The notes beneath the pieces were generated by a model, which did not search any database, had not been told where the DNA came from, and was given only the letters and a program-made list of their open reading frames with translations. Shown here piece by piece: positions 10,584 to 19,777 of a stretch of 64,000 bases of DNA; position 1 is the stretch's first letter, and every line of letters begins with the position of its first letter. The DNA comes from an uncultured candidate division Zixibacteria bacterium (lineage in GTDB: Bacteria; Zixibacteria; MSB-5A5; GN15; PGXB01): assembly GCA_963702205.1 (NCBI GenBank), contig OY969724.1, forward strand, positions 3,040,001 to 3,104,000, in the 5' to 3' direction. A program made the translations under genes and the position numbers.

Positions 10584-10648
10584 CATAATATCCCTTTTAA
10601 TCTATCTTTATTCTTGCAGAATGGATCAAATGAGTATATTTTAGGGCC

Positions 10649-13435
10649 GTGCTAAAAACGACGATTCACATTTTAATCATATGCGCTCTGCTGGGACTCT
10701 GTTTTCCGATGATCTCGTTCGCCCAGGAAAACGACGAGTGCATGATGTGCCACGAGGACGCCTCGCTTACCGAAATCCGCGACGGCCGCGAGGTCTCGTT
10801 GAACGTCGACCTCGACAAATTTCATAAATCGGTCCACGGCGACATGGACTGCATTTCATGTCACATGGACCTCGCGGATACCGAATTTCCCCACGCCGAA
10901 AAAGTCGAACCGGTCGACTGCTCCTTATGCCACGACGACATCGCCGCCATGTACGACAAGAGTCTCCATGGACAGGCCGTGGCACGGGGCGAGAAACTGG
11001 CGCCGCGCTGCTGGGATTGCCACGGCAATCATTATATAGTTAGCCATACATCCCCTGACTCCAAAGTCGCCAAGTTCAACATTCCGTTCATGTGCGGGAA
11101 ATGCCATAAGGAAGGCACGGCGGTAACCCAGACATATAATATTCCGCAGGACAGTATCCTCGAACATTACAGCGAGTCGATTCACGGCGTCGGCCTCTTC
11201 CGTCAGGGTTTGACCGTAACCGCCGTCTGTGTCGATTGCCACACAGCCCACAACGTCCTGCCCCACACCGATCCAAATTCCTCGATCTCCCGCGAAAACG
11301 TCTCCAAAACCTGCCAAAAATGCCACGGACGTATCGAACAAGTGCATAAAAAAGTCATTCGAGGCGAACTCTGGGAAAAAGAGCCCAATAAAATACCGGT
11401 CTGTGTCGATTGCCACCAGCCGCACCAGATTCGGCAGGTTGTCTATAGAGAAGGTGTCTCTGATGATCAATGCATGAAGTGCCACGACAATAAGGATCTG
11501 GTTTCCAAACATCAGGGCACGCCGGGTCGGTCCTTATTCGTCGATATTGATCAGGTGCACGGTTCGATGCACCGCCAGGTACGCTGCGCCCAGTGCCACA
11601 CCGGCATTACGCCAAGCCTGCACCGCCCCTGCGAGACCGTCGCCGATAAAGTCGATTGCTCGATATGCCACAGCGACGTCGTCGCGACCTACATGACCAG
11701 CACGCACGGCCAGCTGGCCGATCGGGGCGATCCCGATGCTCCCGAGTGCGTCGATTGCCATGGCACACACGGCATCCTCGGCCGCCGCGATGCGAACTCA
11801 CCTACCTATCCGATTAAAGTTCCGGCACTTTGCAGCCGCTGTCACAGTAAAACTGGCAAGGCCACCAGGCGACACCTGCAGGACACGACCGTCGTACAAA
11901 ATTATACCATGAGCATTCACGGCAAAGGCCTGCTGGAAAGCGGCCTGGTCGTCACCGCCATGTGTACCGACTGCCACACGGCACATCATGTTCTTCCCCC
12001 CGGCGATTCGGCCTCCAGCGTCAATCGTAATAATATTCCGGAAACCTGCGCCAAATGTCACAAAGGCATTTATCAGACGTTCATCACCAGTATTCATTCA
12101 ACGAAAGTGAATCATACCGACAAAGAACTTCCGGTCTGCAACGATTGTCATACATCGCACGCCATCGAGCGAGCCGATCTGGATGACTTCCGGTTTGCGA
12201 TCATAAACCAGTGCGGCAAATGTCACGAAAAAGTGACGGAAACATATTTTGAAACCTTCCACGGAAAAGTATCCAAGCTGGGTTTTGCGGCCGCCGCCAA
12301 ATGCTATGACTGTCACGGCTCGCACAATATATTGCCGCCGAATGACCCCAAATCCACTTTGTCCCGGGCGAATATCGTCTCAACCTGTGGGCAATGCCAT
12401 AAAGGCTCCCATCGTCGTTTTGCCGGCTACCTGACCCACGCCACGCACCACAACAGAGAAAAATATCCGTTCCTGTTTTATACATTTTGGGCCATGACGC
12501 TGCTTTTGATCGGGACCTTTGTCATCTCGGGAACCCACACCCTTATGTGGCTGCCTCGATCGTACCAGATGATGCGTCAGCGTAAAAATATGCAGACCAA
12601 GGCGGCCGGAGATTATCGATATCAGAGATTTAAACCGCTGCACCGCTTCCTTCATGTATTGATCATCATAAGCTTCCTGGGACTGGCCACGACCGGCATG
12701 ACCCTTAAGTTCTCGTATCTGGCCTGGGCTCAGTGGATTTCAGGCATTCTGGGCGGATTCGAATCGGCCGGTTACCTGCACCGGGTATGCGCTATCATTA
12801 CGTTCTTCTATTTCTTCATGCATCTCGGAGATATAATATACCATAAGTTTCATGACAAAAAATCGTGGAAGGACGTCCTCTTCGGCCGTAATTCCATGCT
12901 GCCGAGAAAGAAAGATTGGCAGGATTTCAAGGCCACCATGAAGTGGTTCGTCGGCGGAGCTAAACGCCCGCGCTATGGCCGTTGGACGTACTGGGAGAAA
13001 TTCGACTATTTTGCCGTCTTCTGGGGTGTCGCCGTGATCGGCTTTACCGGTCTGACCCTGTGGTTCCCGGAATTCTTCACCCGGTTTATGCCCGGTTGGT
13101 TTATTAACGTGGCGACCATCATCCACTCCGATGAAGCCCTGCTCGCCACCGGATTCATATTCACGGTGCATTTCTTTAACACGCACTTCCGGCCCGATAA
13201 ATTCCCGATGGATCCCGTTATTTTCACCGGCTCGGTGCCGCTGGATGAACTCAGGGAAGACCGTCCGGAAGAGTACGAAGAGCTTTTTGAATCGAAAAAA
13301 ATTAAAAAACACCTGGTGGCCCCGCCGACCAAAACCTTCGTCCGCATCATGAAGACATTTGGTTTCGCGGCGCTGGTCATTGGTATTTCTTTGATTATTT
13401 TGATAATATACGCCGAGGTTTTCGGCTATAGATAA
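10649..13435 (+). CDS. CbcL-like inner-membrane protein: 19-heme periplasmic c-type domain fused to an FdnI-like cytochrome b domain
   Basis: Signal peptide, 19 CxxCH motifs counted, C-terminal TM domain with HRFLH, YLHRV, YWEKFDYFAVFWG, IIHSDEALLA. Confidence 0.85.
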   Translation: MLKTTIHILIICALLGLCFPMISFAQENDECMMCHEDASLTEIRDGREVSLNVDLDKFHKSVHGDMDCISCHMDLADTEFPHAEKVEPVDCSLCHDDIAAMYDKSLHGQAVARGEKLAPRCWDCHGNHYIVSHTSPDSKVAKFNIPFMCGKCHKEGTAVTQTYNIPQDSILEHYSESIHGVGLFRQGLTVTAVCVDCHTAHNVLPHTDPNSSISRENVSKTCQKCHGRIEQVHKKVIRGELWEKEPNKIPVCVDCHQPHQIRQVVYREGVSDDQCMKCHDNKDLVSKHQGTPGRSLFVDIDQVHGSMHRQVRCAQCHTGITPSLHRPCETVADKVDCSICHSDVVATYMTSTHGQLADRGDPDAPECVDCHGTHGILGRRDANSPTYPIKVPALCSRCHSKTGKATRRHLQDTTVVQNYTMSIHGKGLLESGLVVTAMCTDCHTAHHVLPPGDSASSVNRNNIPETCAKCHKGIYQTFITSIHSTKVNHTDKELPVCNDCHTSHAIERADLDDFRFAIINQCGKCHEKVTETYFETFHGKVSKLGFAAAAKCYDCHGSHNILPPNDPKSTLSRANIVSTCGQCHKGSHRRFAGYLTHATHHNREKYPFLFYTFWAMTLLLIGTFVISGTHTLMWLPRSYQMMRQRKNMQTKAAGDYRYQRFKPLHRFLHVLIIISFLGLATTGMTLKFSYLAWAQWISGILGGFESAGYLHRVCAIITFFYFFMHLGDIIYHKFHDKKSWKDVLFGRNSMLPRKKDWQDFKATMKWFVGGAKRPRYGRWTYWEKFDYFAVFWGVAVIGFTGLTLWFPEFFTRFMPGWFINVATIIHSDEALLATGFIFTVHFFNTHFRPDKFPMDPVIFTGSVPLDELREDRPEEYEELFESKKIKKHLVAPPTKTFVRIMKTFGFAALVIGISLIILIIYAEVFGYR

Positions 13436-13470
13436 ACGGCGTCCCGCCTTTCAATACGGAGACCTGAAAA

Positions 13471-14982
13471 ATGGCCAATAGAAAATTCCCGAGACTCTTT
13501 TATAACAGAATAACTTTCGCCGGTGTTTCGATCAGCCTGGTTTCGATCATCGTGATGACCTTTCTCTACCTGATCGATGTTTACGCCAGCCAGACAAACC
13601 CCTATTTCGGTATCTTTCTTTATATGGTCATGCCGGTATTTTTGATCGGAGGCATGGTTTTTATCCCGGCCGGGATGTTTCTGAACTGGCGGTATCTTAA
13701 AAGGACCGGCGAGGTCAAACTTCCCAAATGGCCGCTGGTTGATCTCAATGACAAGACCCAGCGCAACGCCGCCATTATTTTCTTCACGGGAACCATTATC
13801 TTCCTCGGCATTTCTTCGATCGGCAGTTACGAGGCGTTTCACTATACTGAATCGGTTCAATTCTGCGGCAAGTTGTGCCACTCGGTTATGAAACCCGAGT
13901 ACACGGCCTACAGCCACTCCCCGCACGCCCGAGTCGCCTGTGTCGAGTGTCATGTCGGTCCCGGAGCCGACTGGTACGCCAAATCGAAACTGTCCGGAGC
14001 TTATCAGGTCTATGCCGTCACCGTCAACAATTTTCCTAGACCTATTCCGACCCCGATCAAAAATCTCCGTCCCGCGCAGGAAACTTGCGAGCAGTGCCAC
14101 TGGCCGGCCAAATTTTTCGGCGAGCGTCAGAATATCAAGGACCATTACAAGTACGATAACGAAAATACGCACTGGCAGATTACCATGCTTATGAAAATCG
14201 GTGGGCAGAACCTGCTGTCCGGCGAGGCCAGCGATATTCACTGGCACGTCAGCAAGGATTTCGACGTCTTCTACATCCCCCGTGATTCGACACGCCAGGA
14301 TATACCCTGGGTAAAAGTGGTCAATCACAAGACTGGCAAGGAGACGGTGTATCAAGCCGAGGACAATCCCCTGACGGCCGAAGAAATTGCCGCCGCCGCG
14401 CCGCGCCGGATGGACTGTGTCGATTGTCACAACCGCCCCAGCCATATATATAATTCTCCCGATCATGCCATAGACCTCGCAATCGCAGCCGGGTTGATCG
14501 ATCCGGGGCTGCCCGAAATAAAAAGAGCGTCGGTCGAAGCGATGGCAGCCGAATACCAGACCGAAGGCGAAGCGCTGGCCGGTATATCGAAGTCCATCAA
14601 GGATTTTTATCAAAGCGATTACCCAAATCTGGTCGACTCGGCCGGGTCAACCATCGACAGCGCCATCTCCGCCGTTCAATATGAATTTTCGATGAACATC
14701 TTTCCCGAAATGAAAACCCGCTGGGATGCCTATCCGGATAATATCGGACATTTCATCTGGCCGGGCTGCACCCGCTGCCACGACGGCGCTCATGTGAATT
14801 CGGAAAGCCAGCCGATAACGCACAAATGCACCGCCTGCCACGTTATCACGTCGCAGGGCACGGCCGACAGCACCATGACGGCTATGACCGTCGATGGTCT
14901 GGAATTCGTCCACCCCGAAGATATCGACGAGATGTGGAAAGAAACCGGCTGTTACGAATGTCATACGGGAACCCAGCCGTAA
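13471..14982 (+). CDS. ImcH-like NapC/NirT-family quinol-oxidising multiheme cytochrome
   Basis: Three N-terminal TM helices, FCGKLCH..M.PEY..SPH..V.CVECH, 6 CxxCH plus 1 Cx3CH. Confidence 0.8.
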   Translation: MANRKFPRLFYNRITFAGVSISLVSIIVMTFLYLIDVYASQTNPYFGIFLYMVMPVFLIGGMVFIPAGMFLNWRYLKRTGEVKLPKWPLVDLNDKTQRNAAIIFFTGTIIFLGISSIGSYEAFHYTESVQFCGKLCHSVMKPEYTAYSHSPHARVACVECHVGPGADWYAKSKLSGAYQVYAVTVNNFPRPIPTPIKNLRPAQETCEQCHWPAKFFGERQNIKDHYKYDNENTHWQITMLMKIGGQNLLSGEASDIHWHVSKDFDVFYIPRDSTRQDIPWVKVVNHKTGKETVYQAEDNPLTAEEIAAAAPRRMDCVDCHNRPSHIYNSPDHAIDLAIAAGLIDPGLPEIKRASVEAMAAEYQTEGEALAGISKSIKDFYQSDYPNLVDSAGSTIDSAISAVQYEFSMNIFPEMKTRWDAYPDNIGHFIWPGCTRCHDGAHVNSESQPITHKCTACHVITSQGTADSTMTAMTVDGLEFVHPEDIDEMWKETGCYECHTGTQP

Positions 14983-14995
14983 GGGAAATATTCCA

Positions 14996-15030
14996 ATAAA
15001 AAAAGGCGTCCATCCGGACGCCTTTTTTAT
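14996..15030. terminator. Bidirectional intrinsic terminator between convergent cytochrome genes
   Basis: A-run-GGCGTCC-atcc-GGACGCC-T-run. Confidence 0.85.
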
Positions 15031-15044
15031 ATCGTTTTAATGCG

Positions 15045-15584
15045 CTATTTCTCTTCTGTTTTGGCCGGCATGGTATGCAAACCGGTCTTCATCATTTCCG
15101 CGAAATTATAGCCGCCTTTGGGCTGGAATTGTGCGGGAACCTTGTCATTATGACATTTCATACAAGTAGTCGAATCGGGAAGGATCAGGCCGTTGGCCAT
15201 GGCCAGCTTTACGTCTTTCATAATACTCATTTTGAAAAAGTCAGAGCCCGGCCCATGACACGCCTCGCACTGGACTCCTTCCAGAACCTCTCCTTTGGCA
15301 GTGGTTCCAGTCGTATGACAACCGACGCATTTTTCGTTCTTTTGATCGGCTTCCGAGAGAGCATCCCACGCCTTGGCGTGCTTGGTTTCCATCCATGACG
15401 GATATACGCCGTCTTTCTTATGGCACAGGCCGCACTTTTTGGCGCCGATATACTCGTGGGTTACGGTTTTCTCCTTGGAATCAGCTTTTGCCTTGGTTTC
15501 GCCCTTTTCCTGGGCAATGCTGATCACGTAAAATCCCATGAGTATAGCCATAGCCGCCAGAAAAACCAGTAACTTCTTCACCAT
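15045..15584 (-). CDS. Periplasmic tetraheme cytochrome c (c554/c552-like)
   Basis: GGAGG RBS, signal peptide, YIGAKKCGLCH, CVGCH, CEACHGPGS, CMKCH. Confidence 0.85.
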   Translation of the reverse strand: MVKKLLVFLAAMAILMGFYVISIAQEKGETKAKADSKEKTVTHEYIGAKKCGLCHKKDGVYPSWMETKHAKAWDALSEADQKNEKCVGCHTTGTTAKGEVLEGVQCEACHGPGSDFFKMSIMKDVKLAMANGLILPDSTTCMKCHNDKVPAQFQPKGGYNFAEMMKTGLHTMPAKTEEK

Positions 15585-15691
15585 AATTCCTCCATAAGGT
15601 TGGTTACCGTCTCTATCCGTTTTCCTATTATACAAAATTTAACCAAAAAGGTCATCAATTATAAATACGGGAAAGGGGACATAATCTTAGA

Positions 15692-15727
15692 CAAAAAGGC
15701 TTTCTCCTTTTGGAGAAAGCCTTTTTG
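15692..15727. terminator. Intrinsic terminator after the porin-cytochrome operon
   Basis: CAAAAAGGCTTTCTCC-tttt-GGAGAAAGCCTTTTTG perfect 16-bp stem. Confidence 0.8.
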
Positions 15728-15744
15728 CGAATACCTCTTGTAAG

Positions 15745-16827
15745 TTAATGAGCCGGAATTGGATTAAGATTCGCAGACGCAAACCCACCCGATTTCCCCG
15801 GCACCCGGCTTTCCATATATTCGATGGAACTTGCCAAAAGATCGCGGATATAGAACGGATTGTGGACACCTTCAGAACGATCTTCTTCGATTATCAGGTA
15901 ATTCCACAACGCCCCGGCCTCGCCCTCATCAGCGATAGTGTGCTTGTTCGAGCTGGTTCCCGCAGGCAGCCCGTCGCTGGCGTTAAGATGCCCGGCATCG
16001 ACCAGGAGGTCATGAAGCTGCCCGAGCATGTCTTCCACGTCGGTCTGAATATTGTCATAATCATAGCTTTCGGCTGTGACGTGGCACCCATCCTGAGCGC
16101 AAGTTTCCACCAGAGTTATCGTTGTATCCTCCGGGTCAACCATATTCCAGCTATGACCTCCAACCATGTAACCGCCGTGAGTTTCCGGATTGCTCATGTG
16201 GCACATAATGCAGCCATCGTGACCGGTACCGTGACCGGTATTTAAATATTCATAACCCAGACCGGCATATTCATAACCATTGGACGCAATCAGCAAGTCG
16301 CCCTGCGGACCGTGGTGGGGTCCCCAGCGGTTGTACACTTGGGTATTGGGCGTAATATCGTTTACAGATTCGCGGGCATGGTGACAATTGGCACACAGGT
16401 TGGCTTCGCCAACGTCAAAAGTAACCCCGGTTTCCATCACATAGGGAGCATCCGTTCTGAGCGTCAGATTGCCCCGTGTATGAGGCGCGTGGCAAGTGAA
16501 GCAGTGAATGGCCGCGACAGGACTATACGGCGCGTTTACCTCACCGGTCGACACAAAATCGACAAAGCCCTGATGATCGTGGCACTTTGCGCAATCCTGG
16601 CCTTCGCGATTGGTATAATCGACATTGGCACCGGAGGCATGGACCGAGTTCTGATATTCGCCCTGGGCCTGTAGAATATACCCGTCTTCACCGTGGCATG
16701 TAAAGCAGCTGTTCAGGGAAGCCTGGCTGTCAGCGGCATCGTTGTTGATGATTTTGCGCTCGCAGCCGACCCCCGCGATCATCAGGATGGCCAGAAGGCT
16801 GATTGCAAGCAGAACTTTGTGTCTCAT
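15745..16827 (-). CDS. Multiheme lipoprotein cytochrome c (5 CxxCH + 1 Cx4CH), putative outer-surface partner
   Basis: Lipobox AGVGC, heme motifs, C-terminal DRSEGVHNPFY motif typical of NrfA/OmcB-type C-terminal helices. Confidence 0.8.
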   Translation of the reverse strand: MRHKVLLAISLLAILMIAGVGCERKIINNDAADSQASLNSCFTCHGEDGYILQAQGEYQNSVHASGANVDYTNREGQDCAKCHDHQGFVDFVSTGEVNAPYSPVAAIHCFTCHAPHTRGNLTLRTDAPYVMETGVTFDVGEANLCANCHHARESVNDITPNTQVYNRWGPHHGPQGDLLIASNGYEYAGLGYEYLNTGHGTGHDGCIMCHMSNPETHGGYMVGGHSWNMVDPEDTTITLVETCAQDGCHVTAESYDYDNIQTDVEDMLGQLHDLLVDAGHLNASDGLPAGTSSNKHTIADEGEAGALWNYLIIEEDRSEGVHNPFYIRDLLASSIEYMESRVPGKSGGFASANLNPIPAH

Positions 16828-16839
16828 GGAATCACTCCT

Positions 16840-18396
16840 TTACATTGATATATCTTTTGAAATATTTATTTCCACAACATTGGCCGTGTAGTATCGGTCA
16901 CGAACCAGGAAATCATCGAAATTATGCACGTTGTATATGGCCTCGAAATTGTATCCCGAGCCGAGATTATAAATACCGCTGAAACGAAGTGTAAAACTCT
17001 CGACGTCCAGATCGCGCCTGCTTCGATAGTACGTCGCCCCGAATCCGGCCGTGAAATTATAATATTCCCGGGCCATCAGGTTGCCGTAAATCGTATGGTC
17101 GCAGAATTCGAACGTCTCTTCGCTGTTGGTGTATTCGCCGTTGGAATAAGAATAGCCGCCGCTGAAATCGGCGTAACCTTTCAGGTCGGCACTGAAATCC
17201 ACACCGAATCGGTTATAATCGACGTCGCTGCCGATCTGGTCGTTTTCACGACGCGTCCCCTCAAAACTGATCTTGGCCAATTTTATCCGGTCACCGCGAT
17301 ATTTCACGGAGAATTCGAAGCGGCTGAAGTCCTGGTCGCCGATCAGCCGACTGCCGCTTTTAACATCCTCCGAGCGCAGGCCGTGTTCACCGCGCAGCTC
17401 AAAATGAGTCACCGGCTTCCACCAGCCCGAGAAATAAAACGTGTTGGCTTTTACTTCGTCCAGATAATCATCGTTGATGTCGTACTGATAACCGAACGTA
17501 AGCCCGGCCTGGGCCGGCCAGGTGTAGGTAAGATAACCGGCGTTGATTATATTGTCGGTCGCCACGTAATCGCTGTCCGACGCGGTTCGGTCGAACAGGA
17601 AGCTGTACTTGAACGAAAAGTTGTGCGGCAGATTAACCCGCGCGGCTCCCCAGGCCATATTGGACCTGATGCCGAACTTGTTGACATCGAACTCCGTTTC
17701 GAACCGACGGAACCCGCCCGAAAGAATTATCTTGTCTTCGTAATTCGGCACCGGGAAATAAGCATCGAGTTTTATTGAAAAGCGCGTCTGATCTCGGTCG
17801 GAATTGTAATTGTCGGTAAAAGCGACGTGTTCATAGCGCGCCTGAAACATCCGGCCGTCCTTGTTGAATCTGATCCCGCCGTTATAGGCCATCTGGTCAT
17901 AGTCCACTTTGTACGGTGCGGCCGGTAATACGGGGTCGAAAAGATCGGCCATCTCCCCCCGATATCCGATACCGTTTCCACCGCCGGAAACCGTCACGTA
18001 CTTGTTCGGCATGACCCATGCCTGCACTCCGGTCTGGGCGCGACGGGTGAACGTATTGCCGTCGAAGTCGTAAAAGCGACGGTACTGATTATTATAGACA
18101 TCCACACCGAACAGGCCGGGCCTCATGATCGAACCGGTCAGGTTGCGATTGTTGAGAGAAATCCGGTTCAAATCCATCCGGGCCAGCATCCCGTTGTCGA
18201 ACGTATAGCGAAACTTGTTCAGCGACAGCGTCATTCCCTCATAGTCGTTGAACGTCGGCTGATTGACCGACTGATTTCCAGTCTCGTCCAAAAAAACGTA
18301 TCCAAGGCGGGCCGTGCCAAAACCCGTTCCGGCCACGAGGGCCGGGGCTGCCAGCAGCAGGCAGGCGCAGACCGTCAATACTGGAATATATTTCAT
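16840..18396 (-). CDS. Outer-membrane beta-barrel, MtrB/PioB-like porin
   Basis: Signal peptide, alternating aromatic beta-strand pattern, lies between the decaheme and the lipoprotein cytochrome. Confidence 0.7.
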   Translation of the reverse strand: MKYIPVLTVCACLLLAAPALVAGTGFGTARLGYVFLDETGNQSVNQPTFNDYEGMTLSLNKFRYTFDNGMLARMDLNRISLNNRNLTGSIMRPGLFGVDVYNNQYRRFYDFDGNTFTRRAQTGVQAWVMPNKYVTVSGGGNGIGYRGEMADLFDPVLPAAPYKVDYDQMAYNGGIRFNKDGRMFQARYEHVAFTDNYNSDRDQTRFSIKLDAYFPVPNYEDKIILSGGFRRFETEFDVNKFGIRSNMAWGAARVNLPHNFSFKYSFLFDRTASDSDYVATDNIINAGYLTYTWPAQAGLTFGYQYDINDDYLDEVKANTFYFSGWWKPVTHFELRGEHGLRSEDVKSGSRLIGDQDFSRFEFSVKYRGDRIKLAKISFEGTRRENDQIGSDVDYNRFGVDFSADLKGYADFSGGYSYSNGEYTNSEETFEFCDHTIYGNLMAREYYNFTAGFGATYYRSRRDLDVESFTLRFSGIYNLGSGYNFEAIYNVHNFDDFLVRDRYYTANVVEINISKDISM

Positions 18397-18413
18397 CAAA
18401 GTCGCCTCCCTCT

Positions 18414-19370
18414 TTACTGGTTAAATATATGGCACCCGGATTGGTAACAATTCGGGAACAGCTTCGTCCCAAGCATGGGATCTAGAAATTTATTGTTATC
18501 GTAGGATCCGTGAATCTCACTGTGGCAATCGACACATGCCAGCTTTGTTCCCAGCCCGCTGTGCTGAGCCCGATGCTTCGGCGGAATCGCATGGCACTGC
18601 AAACAAAGCCCGTTGCCCGGCTGTTTGAGGAGCATATCGTTGGGCGATCCGTGCGGCTGATGGCATTCCACACAGCCCCCGCCTTCGACCAGATGGTCAT
18701 AAACGACCGGATGCTCGAACGGAAACGGCCCGGCTTTATCGCCGTGGCACCCCTGGCAGGTCCAGTTCAGCCCGTCGACCATGTGCGGCCCCTCGATACC
18801 GGAAACCGGGTGGCAGCTGACGCACTCGATATTTCCCGAATTCAGAGGGTGAGCCGAACGCAGCATGAATTTGGCCTTTACCTCGGTATGACAAGTAATG
18901 CAGAAATTGTCACCGTCTCCGGCCGTCAGCTTGGGATTGGGATTGTCGTGGATCTTATGACAGGACGTGCATTCCAGCCCGGCCCGGCCATGGACGTCTT
19001 TCGTCACCATGGCCGATTGATGCGCCGTGACATGACACCGCGAACAGACTTCCGCCTGCGAAGTCATGTCGAGTTCCGACACACTGGAGATGTTATCGGC
19101 CGATGGGTCGTCAAGGTGCTCTTTCCATCCATCGTGGCAGCTTATGCAGCCGACTTCAGATGAATGCTTCATGTCGGCATTTTCCAGAATACGATGCGGA
19201 GAATCGGCCAGCGACTTCGCCTTGGTGTCATGGCAATCCAGGCATGCCTGAGAATTTTCGACTATTTCTTGCCTGGTGTACGTAGTCGAAGCGAATACCG
19301 AGCACGCTCCCAAAACCAACATGAAAATTAGAACCATCGACCCAATTAACGATCTTTTACAAAAGATCAT
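18414..19370 (-). CDS. DmsE/MtrA-family decaheme cytochrome c
   Basis: Signal peptide, 10 CxxCH, GPFPFEHPV, CHQPHGS, CHSEIHGS; extra C-terminal CYQSGCH. Confidence 0.85.
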   Translation of the reverse strand: MIFCKRSLIGSMVLIFMLVLGACSVFASTTYTRQEIVENSQACLDCHDTKAKSLADSPHRILENADMKHSSEVGCISCHDGWKEHLDDPSADNISSVSELDMTSQAEVCSRCHVTAHQSAMVTKDVHGRAGLECTSCHKIHDNPNPKLTAGDGDNFCITCHTEVKAKFMLRSAHPLNSGNIECVSCHPVSGIEGPHMVDGLNWTCQGCHGDKAGPFPFEHPVVYDHLVEGGGCVECHQPHGSPNDMLLKQPGNGLCLQCHAIPPKHRAQHSGLGTKLACVDCHSEIHGSYDNNKFLDPMLGTKLFPNCYQSGCHIFNQ

Positions 19371-19777
19371 ATGGATCCTCACTTATATTTAGAATTATTT
19401 CTTGCAACTCAATTGGGTCTGGCTTCGGAAGCCGTGACCTTAATCCCTACGAAGAAAATGTAACCCATTACCTATTACTTGTCTATATCTTTTTCCTTTA
19501 TTTGACTCGTCAAATGAATAACAAAGTTGACCTCTTTTGTCAAGTTCTTTTTAGCGTAAATACATATATAACATAGAGTTAATCTATACTTTTAAGTATA
19601 GTCATTGGATTTTAATAATTCGGTCAATTAATCGCGAGGTTAAGCGACCTGGAACCCGTCAATTTCGGTCTAAATGGAGGGTAATCCAGATAAATATTAA
19701 CGATATTATAATCGGTATTTAGGGGTTATAAATTCTCACCACAGACAGCCCCAACCCCAATTGAAAGACTCTTCATT

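Noticed and set aside
7642..10600. Prophage or integrative element at tRNA-Ser
   Set aside because: No integrase, no phage genes and no duplicated tRNA 3' end found by eye
13426..14613. Long antisense ORFs (e.g. 13426-14613, 16924-17778, 22349-23383, 27284-28144, 55773-56612)
   Set aside because: They lie opposite well-supported genes and are expected from GC-rich codon bias
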